Numbered from the stretch's first letter, positions 10,619-20,972 are shown. The stretch: DNA of 64,000 bases from Vicinamibacterales bacterium (GCA_965249175.1 OZ252227.1:6455474-6519473), one strand, 5' to 3'. Notes: generated from the letters alone by a model not told the origin. A program made the numbers and translations.

Positions 10619-12697
10619 ATGAGCGCACCCACCTGGTTCGTCCGGGCTCTCACGTTGGGCTTCCAGCTCGTCTGTTACGCGGAGAAATCCAAGGGACCGT
10701 CAGGTCCCGACGGGATCGGCTGGCCACGCAAGACGGTCACGACGGTTGAAGGCTATGTCGACAGGCGTAATTGGGGCGCGCTCCTCGGCGTGGAGATCGC
10801 GCCAGGGCGCTTTCTCCACGCGGTCGACTTCGACTGGGTGCTCGGGATCCCTCTCGGGGCACGCCTCCTGCCGTCGACCGCATGTGGTACGTCGCGTCCC
10901 TCGAAGTTGGTCTCGCAGGCCCTTTACACAACGGACCGCCCCCTCGTCACGCGGCAGTTCAAGGACGTCGATGGCGCGATGCTCGTCGAGCTGCGGGGGA
11001 CCAAGGCCGACGGCTCACTCGGGTGCCAGAGCATGATCGCTGGCATCCATCCGGGCGGCGAGGAAGTCGAGCTGCGAGATGGCGCGCTCAGGCACGGCAC
11101 GGGCGACGTCGTGGAGCGGCGCGCCGCGCTCTACGCGGTGGCGTGCCTGCTGCTCAAACACCTCGGTCACCGCGGCCTTCTGCACGAGCAGCGCCTCGAG
11201 GTAGCCGGGTTACTGCTCGCGGGCGGCGCGACGCAGGACGAGGCCATCGACGTTCTGGAGGCCGTGGCCGAAGCGTCGAGTAACGACGTCCGCGACGTCA
11301 GGGCCACGGTGCTCTCGACGGCTGCGCTTCGCGAACGCGGGCAGCCGCGTAGAGGGGGGCGCGCGCTTGCGAAGGCGATCGGTGACGACGGGCCGAAGAT
11401 CGTCGCGAGGATTCGCGAGTGGCTCGGCGCGGGCGACGACTTCCGACGCACCGAGAAAGGTGTCGTCACCGCCGACCAGCAGAACGTCCGGCTCGCGCTC
11501 GAGAAGCTCGGGGTGAGGGCGGAGTGCGACCGGTTCTCGAACAAGGTCTTCGTCACGGCGCCCCCCGCGCCGCGTAGCGTCTGGAGCGACGAGCTGCTCG
11601 TGAAGACGCGGCTCCGCATCGACCGAGAGTTCCACTTCTTACCGACGAAAGACCTCGTCGACGACATCGTGCGCGACCTCGGTTGGGATCACGAGCGGCA
11701 TCCGGTCCGCGAATACTTGGACGGTCTCACGTGGGACACCACGCCGCGACTCGACGCTTGGCTCGCCAGCTATGGCGGCGCGCCCGACTCGGCGTATACG
11801 CGCGCCGTCGGTGCCCTCGTCCTGATCGCGGCGGTGCGCCGCGTGCGTCAGCCAGGGTGCAAGTTCGACGAGCTGCTGGTGCTCGAGAGCGGCCAGGGCA
11901 CCAACAAGTCAACGGCCCTGCGTGTCCTGTGCCGCGACGAGGGCTGGTTCTCCGACGATCTCCCACTGGGCGCCCGCTCCAAGGAAGTGATCGAGTCGAC
12001 GCAGGGCAAGTGGTTGATCGAGGCCGCTGAACTCGTGGGAGGTCGCGACGTCGACAAGCTCAAAGCGTTTCTCAGTCGGCAGGTGGATGGCCCCGTCCGG
12101 TTGGCCTATGGTCGCGTCTCGACGGAGGTCACGCGGCAATTCACCGTGATCGGCACGACGAACAAGCTCCAGTACCTGAAGGACGCGACTGGGGCTCGAC
12201 GTTTCTGGCCCGTTCGGATTCAGCGTTTCGACCTCGGCACTCTCCGACGCGACCGCGACCAGCTCTGGGCGGAGGCCGCGCACCGCGAGGCCGCGGGTGA
12301 CTCGATCAGGCTGGACCCCACACTCTGGGACGCCGCGGCTGACGAGCAGGAGCGCCGGCGCGACGAGGATCCATGGGAACGCGTCATCGATGAACTCGTC
12401 GAGACGATCGAGGGGGAGGAGATAGAAGGCGACGACCCGAACGTCGTGCCAGTCAGCATGATCTGGGGCCGACTCGGCGGCGTTGAGTATCACGACAGGA
12501 GCTCGTCGGCCCGCGTCGCCGTCATCATGCAACGCCGCGGATACACGGACAAGCGCAAGCGTCGGCCCTCGAGGGGGGCCACCCCGTGCTGGTGTTGGGT
12601 GAAGGGCGAGACGCAGGAGGAGCTCGACCTGGGCCGTGCCACCCGTTCCGAGCGCGAGGACGCAGATCTGCCCGCAACGCAATGGAGCCCGTTCTGA
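10619..12697 (+). CDS. Primase-helicase with a VirE/VapE ATPase domain
   Basis: HPVREYL..L.WD..PRL, PGCKFD..LVLESGQGTNKST Walker A, GTTN..YLKDATGARRFWP; the N-terminus resembles a bifunctional primase/polymerase. Confidence 0.85.
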   Translation: MSAPTWFVRALTLGFQLVCYAEKSKGPSGPDGIGWPRKTVTTVEGYVDRRNWGALLGVEIAPGRFLHAVDFDWVLGIPLGARLLPSTACGTSRPSKLVSQALYTTDRPLVTRQFKDVDGAMLVELRGTKADGSLGCQSMIAGIHPGGEEVELRDGALRHGTGDVVERRAALYAVACLLLKHLGHRGLLHEQRLEVAGLLLAGGATQDEAIDVLEAVAEASSNDVRDVRATVLSTAALRERGQPRRGGRALAKAIGDDGPKIVARIREWLGAGDDFRRTEKGVVTADQQNVRLALEKLGVRAECDRFSNKVFVTAPPAPRSVWSDELLVKTRLRIDREFHFLPTKDLVDDIVRDLGWDHERHPVREYLDGLTWDTTPRLDAWLASYGGAPDSAYTRAVGALVLIAAVRRVRQPGCKFDELLVLESGQGTNKSTALRVLCRDEGWFSDDLPLGARSKEVIESTQGKWLIEAAELVGGRDVDKLKAFLSRQVDGPVRLAYGRVSTEVTRQFTVIGTTNKLQYLKDATGARRFWPVRIQRFDLGTLRRDRDQLWAEAAHREAAGDSIRLDPTLWDAAADEQERRRDEDPWERVIDELVETIEGEEIEGDDPNVVPVSMIWGRLGGVEYHDRSSSARVAVIMQRRGYTDKRKRRPSRGATPCWCWVKGETQEELDLGRATRSEREDADLPATQWSPF

Positions 12698-12719
12698 TGC
12701 CCCCCCTACATGGATCTGC

Positions 12720-12798
12720 TTGGAACGGTTGGAACAGTCGGAACAGAGCCCGAAAAGCCCCCCTCGATCCGTTCCGAGCAGCGTTCCAGGCGTTCCGA
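12720..12798. repeat. Putative replication origin (inverted GGAAC/GTTCC iterons)
   Basis: ttggaacggttggaacagtcggaacag facing cgttccgag..cgttccaggcgttccga, immediately after the primase gene. Confidence 0.6.
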
Positions 12799-12995
12799 CC
12801 AGACGGCCCCCCTCGAGCGTCCGCCGCACCCCAGTCCGCTCTGCCAAGCGACCGCCCACGGTCCTCGAGCCCCGCCGCGCAGCGGGCCTGGAAACCGCTG
12901 ACACCGAACTTACACAGGCCGCTCGAGAGCTTGGAACCATTGGGGCAAATGAACGTGTGCCGGTCCCCACAACCGCCGCCTTCGGAGCACGACGC

Positions 12996-13526
12996 ATGGT
13001 AAAACCGGTTGACGGGAGCCAGACGCCTGGACTCGACACGGCGTCGACGGCCCCGGAGCACGCGACGTGCACCCGCTGCGGTCACGTCGGCCCCGCGGAG
13101 GGCAAGGGGCAGTGTGCGCAGTGCAAGTGCTGGCTGGGTGGCAACCTGGCCCGTCTGACTCACGGCGTCAAGCTGTTCGAGCGCCGGGGCGAGCTTCAGC
13201 CAGAGATTCGACAGGCGCTCAACGCGTTCCGAGACCAGCTCATCAGCGACCAGGGCGGCGAAGAGGAGCTGACAGCCGCACGTGCTGGCCTGATCGACAG
13301 GCTCGTGAGCGCACAGGCCGTGTTGGTGCTCCTCGAGTCTGACCTGGCCGCACGCGGGATGCTCACCCCGCGCGGCAGGCTGCGCACGACGTATGGCGCC
13401 TGGTTGTCCGCCCTCGATCGGTTTCAGCGACTCACCAAGGATCTCGGACTCGAGCGACGCGCCGTCAAGGTGCCGACCATCGAGGCGTATCTGGCACAGA
13501 AGGAACAGGTGCGCGATGCGAGCTGA
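12996..13526 (+). CDS. Putative terminase small subunit with an N-terminal Cys cluster
   Basis: CxxC...CxxC, GNLARLTHG motif, helical core ending in KDLGLERR; lies upstream of TerL. Confidence 0.55.
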   Translation: MVKPVDGSQTPGLDTASTAPEHATCTRCGHVGPAEGKGQCAQCKCWLGGNLARLTHGVKLFERRGELQPEIRQALNAFRDQLISDQGGEEELTAARAGLIDRLVSAQAVLVLLESDLAARGMLTPRGRLRTTYGAWLSALDRFQRLTKDLGLERRAVKVPTIEAYLAQKEQVRDAS

Positions 13527-13670
13527 CCGCCGCGACTTTTTCACTGGCAGGGGGGCCAAGGGAATACTCCGGGGCTCAGAACTTTTGTGGCCATTTTCAA
13601 CCCTCGTCTCTCACTCCACGCCCCGCGATGACCATACCGCGCGTTGCGTTGTACGCCGGAGGCCGATCCC

Positions 13671-13916
13671 ATGCCGCGACCACTGAATCTCCCAAACGCT
13701 CGAGTCGCCGCGTGGACCCGCGGCACCGGCGACGTCGAAGAGTGTCCGACCACGATGCGCGTGAGCGTCCATCACGCGATCGTCCGACACCCGCGGACAC
13801 AGATCCCCGGTCACTCACTCGAGGTGGGTGACCTCCTGCACGACGGAACCACCTGGGTCAGCCTCGGTGAGGCGTCTGCCGCGTGGGTGGAGAGGATGCT
13901 CGATGACGTTGGTTGA
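13671..13916 (+). CDS. Hypothetical protein
   Basis: RBS ggagg; overlaps the TerL start. Confidence 0.5.
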   Translation: MPRPLNLPNARVAAWTRGTGDVEECPTTMRVSVHHAIVRHPRTQIPGHSLEVGDLLHDGTTWVSLGEASAAWVERMLDDVG

Positions 13917-15354
13917 GGCGATGTCGGATCCGTTGATCCTCGGCCGCGGCTTCGACGGACCCTCGTGGGAGCCGTGGAAAGATGTCGCGCGGGTCCTCGG
14001 CGGAGGCGACGCGCCGAGGAACGAGGATCTCGTGCGTCGATGCACGGGTGGCCGGCCGCTCCCGACGGATCCGGTTCGCGAAGCCTTTCTGATCTGCGGC
14101 CGTCGCGCGGGCAAGAGCTACTTCACGGCGGCGCTGGCGACCCATCAAGCGTGCCTCGAGCGTTACGTGCTCAAACCGGGCGAGATGGGGACATTGATGG
14201 TGCTCGCGGCGGATCGGAAGCAAGCGCGCGTGCTCATGCGCTACATCAAAGCGAACTTTCAGAACTCAGAACTCCTCTCGCACATGATCGCCCGCGACAC
14301 GCAGACCGAGATCGAGCTGTCGAACGGGATCACGATCGAGATCACGACGGCCAACTATCGCACCTTGCGCGGCTACACCGTCGTCGGCGCGATTTGCGAC
14401 GAACTCGCCTTTTGGAGATCAGAAGACTCGAGCAATCCTGATACTGAGGTGCTCAACGCGCTGCGGCCGGCGATGGCGACGGTGCCGAATGCCCGCCTGC
14501 TCTGCATCAGCTCCCCCTACTCAAGACGCGGCGAACTGTGGAAGGCGTATCAGCGCGACTTCGGCAAAGACGGCGACGTGCTCGTGTGGCAGGCGGCGTC
14601 GACGGTGATGAATCCTCAGCTCCCACAGTCGATCATCGACGCGGCCTATCAGAAGGATCCGGTCTCCGCGGCGGCGGAATACGGCGCCGAGTTTCGAGGC
14701 GACCTCGAGACGTTCCTGATACCTGAGGCGGTGGAGGCGTGCGTCACAGCTGGCCTGAGAGAAAGGCCCGCTGCGCAGGGCGTCGCGTATCACGCCTTTC
14801 TCGACTTCGCGGGCGGCAGCGGCAACGACTCCGCAACCCTGGCCATCGCCCACGCGGAGGGCGACACCCAGGTCCTCGACGTCGTCCGCGAGATTCGACC
14901 GCCGTTCTCCCCACAGCTGGCGTGCGAGGAGTTCGCGGCGACGCTCCACTTGTACGGCGTCAGTGCGGCAACCTCCGACAAGTGGGGCGGACAGTTCCCC
15001 GTCGAGCAGATGCGGAAGTTCGGGGTCCGACTGGAACCGTCCGCGCGACCGAAGAGCGACCTCTATCTGGCCCTGCTCCCGCTGGTGAACAGCGGGGCCG
15101 TCGCGCTGCTCGACCACGCACGGCTCCTCGCGCAGCTCGTCGGTCTGGAACGTCGGACCGGCCGCGGGCGAGACCACGTCGACCACGCGCCGGGGGCGCA
15201 CGACGACGTGGCGAACGCGGTAGCCGGGGCGCTCGCCACGTCGCCGGGGCCGACGATCCGGGTCCGCTCGTTCCTGAGCGCGGACGAAGCGAACGTGCTC
15301 CAACGCACGCAAGCCGCGGCGATCGTCGCTCGATCAGATCTGCTTTTTCGTTAA
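13903..15354 (+). CDS. terL: Terminase large subunit
   Basis: Walker A GRRAGKS, Walker B AICDELAFW, coupling motif ISSP, nuclease acidic residues in FLDFAGG..D and HDDVANA. Confidence 0.88.
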   Translation: MTLVEAMSDPLILGRGFDGPSWEPWKDVARVLGGGDAPRNEDLVRRCTGGRPLPTDPVREAFLICGRRAGKSYFTAALATHQACLERYVLKPGEMGTLMVLAADRKQARVLMRYIKANFQNSELLSHMIARDTQTEIELSNGITIEITTANYRTLRGYTVVGAICDELAFWRSEDSSNPDTEVLNALRPAMATVPNARLLCISSPYSRRGELWKAYQRDFGKDGDVLVWQAASTVMNPQLPQSIIDAAYQKDPVSAAAEYGAEFRGDLETFLIPEAVEACVTAGLRERPAAQGVAYHAFLDFAGGSGNDSATLAIAHAEGDTQVLDVVREIRPPFSPQLACEEFAATLHLYGVSAATSDKWGGQFPVEQMRKFGVRLEPSARPKSDLYLALLPLVNSGAVALLDHARLLAQLVGLERRTGRGRDHVDHAPGAHDDVANAVAGALATSPGPTIRVRSFLSADEANVLQRTQAAAIVARSDLLFR

Positions 15355-15550
15355 CAGGGGAGGATTCACAATGAAACATGTGCCCTTCGACAAACCCAGG
15401 GCGGGCCTCACTCGTGATCTTCCCGGCGACCCTCCGGGGCCCGCGTCACGACGCTCGCGTCGGAAGACGCGGGTGCGATCACCCTCGACGAGACCACCGC
15501 GTCGATCGGGTTGCTCCGGCTCGCCGCAGCGCGGCGGAGACGACGCGACG

Positions 15551-16156
15551 ATGACCGATCCGGTGCGGGCCATGCGCGCGGCACAGTGCGTCGTGTTGCG
15601 AGACGAAAACGGGCGCGAGGTGAGCGCGCGGCTCTACTGGCAGTCGCCAGACATCGACGCCCGGGTCCTCCGGGTCGGCGACCGGCGGGTATGGTTTCCC
15701 CGCGGCTTGCCGCGGCGGTGGAGCACGTTCCTCTGGCGCGTGAGGAACCACGCGGGCTTCTGGCTGTCGGACGACCTGGCGCCGGCGTGGGGCGACCTGC
15801 GACGGCGCCTGGACGCGTTTCCGCAGGTGCGGCCGTGCCCGCGGCTCGTCTGGTCCGGCCTGCCGTGTCGCCTCGCGCGGGTGGATGCCGTGCTCCGGCG
15901 GTCGGCGATCGCGTGGCGGCTCACGTTCGTCCGTGAGACCACCGATCCGGACCAGCGGGCGACGCTGTCGATGACCGTCGCGCGCGGCACGCTCTGGAGC
16001 TGGCCGCGCGTATACCGGATGGGGCGCCGCCTCGGCCCCGGTGCGCTCGGGCCGTACAACCTGAGTCCGGACGAGTGGAACGACATCTTGGTTACGGCCA
16101 TGGCGCTCGGTCGACCGGACGCCGACGTTGCGGCACGCGAGGGAGGCGCACCATGA
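15551..16156 (+). CDS. Hypothetical protein (start uncertain, possibly 15371)
   Basis: Trp/Arg-rich ORF following TerL. Confidence 0.45.
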   Translation: MTDPVRAMRAAQCVVLRDENGREVSARLYWQSPDIDARVLRVGDRRVWFPRGLPRRWSTFLWRVRNHAGFWLSDDLAPAWGDLRRRLDAFPQVRPCPRLVWSGLPCRLARVDAVLRRSAIAWRLTFVRETTDPDQRATLSMTVARGTLWSWPRVYRMGRRLGPGALGPYNLSPDEWNDILVTAMALGRPDADVAAREGGAP

Positions 16157-16192
16157 CGACGCACGTCGCCCTTCTCCGCCGGACGGGACGGC

Positions 16193-16220
16193 TTGATCTA
16201 CGTATTCTAACGTCTATACT
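16193..16220 (+). promoter_or_regulatory. Sigma70-like promoter
   Basis: TTGATC-16 bp-TATACT followed by GGAGG and the ATG at 16233. Confidence 0.55.
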
Positions 16221-16232
16221 CTTGGAGGCCCC

Positions 16233-16406
16233 ATGACGCGGCGGCGCAAGTACGCGTTCTACGCCGACGAGGACCAGCTCGCGGGGCTGAAGCGCATCAA
16301 GGCACGCGACGGGGTGCTCGAGAGCGAGACGATCCGCCGCGCGCTCGACGCGTGGCTTCGCAAGAAGGGCGTCGTAAAAGTGGACCGTAAGCGCAAGCGT
16401 TCTTGA
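16233..16406 (+). CDS. Ribbon-helix-helix (CopG-like) regulator, 57 aa
   Basis: MTRRRKYAFYADEDQLAGLKRIKARDGVLESETIRRALDAWL; below the ORF-track cutoff. Confidence 0.75.
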   Translation: MTRRRKYAFYADEDQLAGLKRIKARDGVLESETIRRALDAWLRKKGVVKVDRKRKRS

Positions 16407-16743
16407 AGGAGAGCGCGATTCACGGCGACTCCTGAGCACCTGGGATTCTGAAGCGAGGTATCCGCGGTAGCCACATGCAACGGTTTCCGGACACAAGGGC
16501 GAATGACGACCGACGAACTACATCGACTGCAGCGGACGTGGTCGACGGCGCGCTGTCGCTTCTGGACGAGAGCCAGCGGCGGACGGGAACCTCGTGTCAG
16601 TCCAGAGAAAGTGCCGGTGAACGAGGGGCCACCCACCGCCGTCGAGGGTGTCGTCGACGGCATTGTGAAAACGGTTCTCATTTTCAGAGCGAAAGTTGAA
16701 GACTCGTGGTCCCAACGCACACGTTGCCAGAGGAGGGACTCTG

Positions 16744-17964
16744 ATGGGCAGCATCTATCAACGGCGAGTCAAGTTCTGCACGCGCTGTCACCGTCGCCTG
16801 GACCGGACCGAGGACCAGGAATCCTGTCGAGCTTCGGGACACGCGATCGAGACGCGCATCCTGTCGACGTGGTGGATTCAGTACCGCGTCGGCGGGCGCG
16901 CCCACAGCGAGTCGTCCCGCAGTAAGCGACGCGCCGAAGCGGTGGACCTCCTGAAGCGTCGCGAAGGGGACGCGGTGCGGGGGCTCCCGGTGAGCGCGAA
17001 GGTCGGCCAGCTTCGGCTCGAGGAGGCGGCTGAGGACCTCTTCAACGACTACCGTACGAACGGCAAGCGGTCCCTCGCGGACGTGAGGCGGCGCGTCGAG
17101 AAGCATCTCAAGCCGTTCTTCCGGAACCGGCGGATGACCGCCATCACGACCGTCGACGTGCGCGCGTTTACCGCGACACGACAGGTGGCTAACGCCTCGA
17201 ACGGCGAGATCAATCGTGAGCTGACTGCCCTTAAGCGCATGTTCAACCTCGCCGTCCAAGCCGGGAAGCTCCTCTTCAAGCCCTACATCCCGATGCTCCA
17301 GGAGCACAATGTCCGCCAGGGGTTCTTCGAGCGTGAGCAGTACGAGAGCATCCGGGCTCACCTACCGCCGTCGTTCCGCGGCGTGGCGGCGTTCGCGTTC
17401 GCGACCGGCTGGCGAGTGCCTAGCGAGATCCTGCCGCTCGAGTGGCGGCAGATAGACTTCCGCGCCGCCGAGGTCCGGCTTGACCCCGGCACCACGAAAA
17501 ACGACGAGGGTCGCGTCTTTCCCTTCACGACGGAACTCCAGAGGATCCTCGAGGAACAACGGCGGCTTGCAGTCCGGTTGCGGGAAAAGGGTTTGATCGC
17601 GCGCTACGTGTTCTTCCACGTGGTCGAGATGAAGGACGGCACACTCGGGAAGAAGAGCGGTGCGCGGATCACGGGGAGCGGCTTCGACAAGGCGTGGCGA
17701 CGGGCTCGCGATCAGGCCGGCTGTCCCGGCCTGATCCCCCACGACTTTCGCCGGACGGCCGTACGGAACCTCGAGCAGGCCGGCGTGCCGCGGTCGGTCG
17801 CCATGAAGCTGACCGGCCACAAGACCGAGTCCGTCTACCGCCGCTATGCTATCGTTAGCTCTGGGGATTTGCGGTCCGCGGCGCGCCAGCTTGACGCTTA
17901 CACTTCCGCTTACACTCAGGGCATCGCGCGCACCGAGGCTAACACGGCCGCGCAGAATTCTTAG
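16744..17964 (+). CDS. int: Tyrosine integrase
   Basis: TGWR, TKN, HDFRR, TGH and RRY catalytic motifs; ends 12 bp before tRNA-Ser. Confidence 0.93.
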   Translation: MGSIYQRRVKFCTRCHRRLDRTEDQESCRASGHAIETRILSTWWIQYRVGGRAHSESSRSKRRAEAVDLLKRREGDAVRGLPVSAKVGQLRLEEAAEDLFNDYRTNGKRSLADVRRRVEKHLKPFFRNRRMTAITTVDVRAFTATRQVANASNGEINRELTALKRMFNLAVQAGKLLFKPYIPMLQEHNVRQGFFEREQYESIRAHLPPSFRGVAAFAFATGWRVPSEILPLEWRQIDFRAAEVRLDPGTTKNDEGRVFPFTTELQRILEEQRRLAVRLREKGLIARYVFFHVVEMKDGTLGKKSGARITGSGFDKAWRRARDQAGCPGLIPHDFRRTAVRNLEQAGVPRSVAMKLTGHKTESVYRRYAIVSSGDLRSAARQLDAYTSAYTQGIARTEANTAAQNS

Positions 17965-17976
17965 GAAAGTCTCAAT

Positions 17977-18070
<94 letters not shown>

Positions 18071-18162
18071 TTTCTTTCTTTTTCCCAAGTGAGTTAGGCG
18101 TCCGAAGCCGACCGTGCCACTAGCCGGCGCCGTCGGACTGAACCGGGTGAGAATACACGAAG

Positions 18163-19236
18163 GTGAGCTATATCCGAGACGTGGGCGCGGCGGATGGCCG
18201 CGTTGGTCGCACGGGGTCGGTCGCGAGCGAGGGGTCCACGGCGTGGGAGTGGCGCACCCGCTTCTGGGCGCTCGTGTTCGCGGCGTTGACGTTGCTGGTG
18301 TCGGCGCTCGCGGCGTGGGTGGTCATCCGTAACGGATGGCCGGCGGCCACGACGCTCGCGCTCGCGCTCGTCCCCCCGTGCCTCGTCTACATCTGGCTCA
18401 CGGGCAAGATCCGCCGGCGTCGAGCGATCCTGGGTGCACCGTTTCCGCCGGAATGGGAGACCGTGCTGCAACGGGACGTGGTGTTCTTTCGGGCGCTCGA
18501 CCCGACGGCGCAGCGTCGGTTCCGCCAGCAGCTTCAGGTGTTTCTGGGGGAGAAGCGAATCACCGGCGTCAGGAGCCGGCTCGACACGACCACACGGGTG
18601 CTGGCCGCCGTCAGCGCGATTATCCCGATCTTCGGGTTCCCCGACTGGGAGTGGCACCAGATCAGCGAGATTCTGGTCTACCCGACCCGGTTCGACGGCG
18701 AATTCGACTTCGGCGACAAGCAGGACCACAACATCCTGGGCATGGTGGGTACCGGAAGTCTCAACCGGCTGATGATCCTGTCCAAGCCAGATTTGATCCA
18801 GGGATTCCGGAACGCCGCCGACAAGCGCAATGTCGGGGTGCACGAGTTTGCGCACCTGGTGGACAAGACCGACGGTGTCATCGACGGCGTGCCGGGGATT
18901 GGGCTCGAGCGGCAGGCCGTCGAACCCTGGATCGATCTCGTGCGTCGGAAGATGGCGGAGATCGAGGACGGCAAGTCCGATATCAACCGGTATGGCCTGA
19001 AGAACGAGGCGGAGTTCTTCGCCGTCACGTCGGAGTACTTCTTCGAACGCCCCGGTCTGATGCAGCGGAAGCATCCCGAGTTGTATCGAGCGCTCGCACG
19101 GGTGTTCAACCAAGATCTGCGCACTCGGGTGCACGCCATGCGTCGGGAGCGGGGCCGGGGCCGGCTGAAGTTCGGCCGCAACTCGCCGTGCCCTTGCGGG
19201 AGCGGGAAGAAGTTCAAGAAGTGCTGTCTGCAGTAG
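18163..19236 (+). CDS. MtfA/M90-family zinc-dependent peptidase with a C-terminal SEC-C motif
   Basis: HEFAH, Y...N.AEFFAV.SEYFFE; GRNSPCPCGSGKKFKKCC; two N-terminal TM segments. Confidence 0.9.
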   Translation: MSYIRDVGAADGRVGRTGSVASEGSTAWEWRTRFWALVFAALTLLVSALAAWVVIRNGWPAATTLALALVPPCLVYIWLTGKIRRRRAILGAPFPPEWETVLQRDVVFFRALDPTAQRRFRQQLQVFLGEKRITGVRSRLDTTTRVLAAVSAIIPIFGFPDWEWHQISEILVYPTRFDGEFDFGDKQDHNILGMVGTGSLNRLMILSKPDLIQGFRNAADKRNVGVHEFAHLVDKTDGVIDGVPGIGLERQAVEPWIDLVRRKMAEIEDGKSDINRYGLKNEAEFFAVTSEYFFERPGLMQRKHPELYRALARVFNQDLRTRVHAMRRERGRGRLKFGRNSPCPCGSGKKFKKCCLQ

Positions 19237-19313
19237 GCAGGCTGTTGCCGTCGCGATCTCCGGTCAGCGTGGCTTACCTCATTCGAGCCCAATAGGCCGT
19301 TCATATCCTGGCC

Positions 19314-20252
19314 TCACGGTCGCCACATGGCGACCGCACGGTTCGGATAGTCGAAACCGACGACAAAGTGTCTCAGCACCCCGTTCCCGAGATTCGCGCC
19401 ACGCGCAGCGAGCGGCGTGTTCCCCCGGTCGCCGTCAAGTACGAACCGGGCGTCGACAGTATCCACCTGCAACGGACCGAGGCGCACGGTGTCCACCGAA
19501 CCCAGTCGAATAGGGGCCGCTCCACCGTAACCGATCGTCGTTCCCTCCTCAGCTTCGGCCGCGACGGACTGAAGACCTAGCAACTCCACTCCCGCGCGAT
19601 AAAGTGTCACACCCGCGTTCGAACCTGTGTCTACCGTCGCACGCAAAGCCGAGCCGTTCACGAAGATCTCGGGTAGCAGTGGAAAGTTCTCGCCCTCGAA
19701 GTCCTCGAACGTGCTCTCGAACATCGGATGTGGCGCGTCTCTGCTCCACGAGGTGTCAAGGGGAAGGAACCTGATTTCCCGCTCGGGATAGTCGATTTCG
19801 AGCTTGTAGCGCCGCAGGAAGTTGTGGCCCAGGATGCCGTGTATCGGCACGCCCATCCGCTCTGACGCCGCAGACAGGTCGCCCGCCAGCGCGAGGAGAC
19901 GGCGGGCGCGGAGCCCTTGAATCTCGAGCCGGACGGGGGGGATCAGGGCCACCTCAACGCGACCGCCGACTCCCTCTCCCTGCGCCCCGAGTGGGAGCAC
20001 AAAGCCAGAAACGGACTCGGCAACCGCGAGATCGAGCACCGACGGGTCGGTCCCCGTGTCGAGGACGAGGTTATAGGGCCCACCGCCGTTCACGCGCCCA
20101 GTCAGGCGAATGACCTCGCGTGTGAACTGGAAGCTGACGGCCACCACGTCGGGGGGGGCGGCGCGTCGGAAGCGCTCGGCGCCAACGAAGGCACTGAGCA
20201 CTGCACCCGCGCTCACGATCAGGGTGAAGGCCCAACGGACGATTCGTTTCAT
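19314..20252 (-). CDS. Retropepsin-like aspartyl protease (two domains)
   Basis: VLDTG and VDTGS motifs, GILG.NFL...IDYP; N-terminal signal or anchor. Confidence 0.85.
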   Translation of the reverse strand: MKRIVRWAFTLIVSAGAVLSAFVGAERFRRAAPPDVVAVSFQFTREVIRLTGRVNGGGPYNLVLDTGTDPSVLDLAVAESVSGFVLPLGAQGEGVGGRVEVALIPPVRLEIQGLRARRLLALAGDLSAASERMGVPIHGILGHNFLRRYKLEIDYPEREIRFLPLDTSWSRDAPHPMFESTFEDFEGENFPLLPEIFVNGSALRATVDTGSNAGVTLYRAGVELLGLQSVAAEAEEGTTIGYGGAAPIRLGSVDTVRLGPLQVDTVDARFVLDGDRGNTPLAARGANLGNGVLRHFVVGFDYPNRAVAMWRP

Positions 20253-20429
20253 AGGTGCTTCCGCCTCCTGCGCGAAAATCGGCTTCTAAAGCCTCGGTCA
20301 GCGCCTGGGCGGAAACGAATCGCTCGGACTCATCCTCGGCATTCGGAGCACGTCTGAGGCCGACGACGATGACCGGGGACTTAGATGCGCAGAACCGGGA
20401 TCGAAACTGGGCTGCAACGCTGCGTGTTT

Positions 20430-20972
20430 CTAGGAAACTTGGCGCCGTTTCCGTCGCGCGATTTCCCACCTGTCCAGGCGGGCTAGGAACCCCAGTCAAC
20501 GGTGTTCCCGCGCGGGACTTCCTTGGAGTGTCCCCAGCACGTGGGGAATGGCGCGCATCTCTCAGCCCGGCACGGCCAACGCACCGGCGAGGAGGAACGA
20601 CAGACCGCCGAACCCGCTCGCGAAGGCGAGGACCGTCATCGTCACAAGGGTGGTATTGGGGCCGAACGGTGTGCCGCTCGTCGCGATACCGACGGCGCCG
20701 GAGAGCACGATGAGCCCGAGCGCGATCGTCCGGGGCCAGTGACGCAATCGAACCCCGAACCCGAGGTTGACGATGTGCGGGAAAAAGTAGAGCGCGAACG
20801 CCAGACCTAACCAGACCGTGACATCGGACGCCTCGGCGACACCCGGGAATCGGTAGCCGGTCGCGATGTTATAGAAGCCGGCTGCGAGCATTGCTCCGAG
20901 CGCGCCCCGAACGAATCGCCCGAGTGGTCGAGGGCGGTCCAGCGCGCCGGTCTCTAGAAAATCGACTTCCAC
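20430..20972 (-). CDS. Multi-TM membrane protein with two in-frame UGA codons, candidate di-selenoprotein (DUF6410-like)
   Basis: AGGAG RBS + GTG at 20972; reads ...LAVPG-UGA-EMRAIPHVLGTLQGSPAREHR-UGA-LGFLARLDRWE... to TAG at 20430; a hairpin follows each UGA. Confidence 0.72.

Larger units (their letters stand above)
8153..17976 (+). mobile_element. Phage-satellite-like integrative element (left boundary uncertain)
   Basis: Xis-primase-ori-TerS-TerL-RHH-Int gene order next to a tRNA; arm-like repeat gcttacact x2 at 17897-17917. Confidence 0.7.

Noticed and set aside
16744..17964. Integron integrase serving the downstream cassettes
   Set aside because: No IntI-specific insertion or attC hairpins were recognised, and its arm repeats differ from those of the downstream units.
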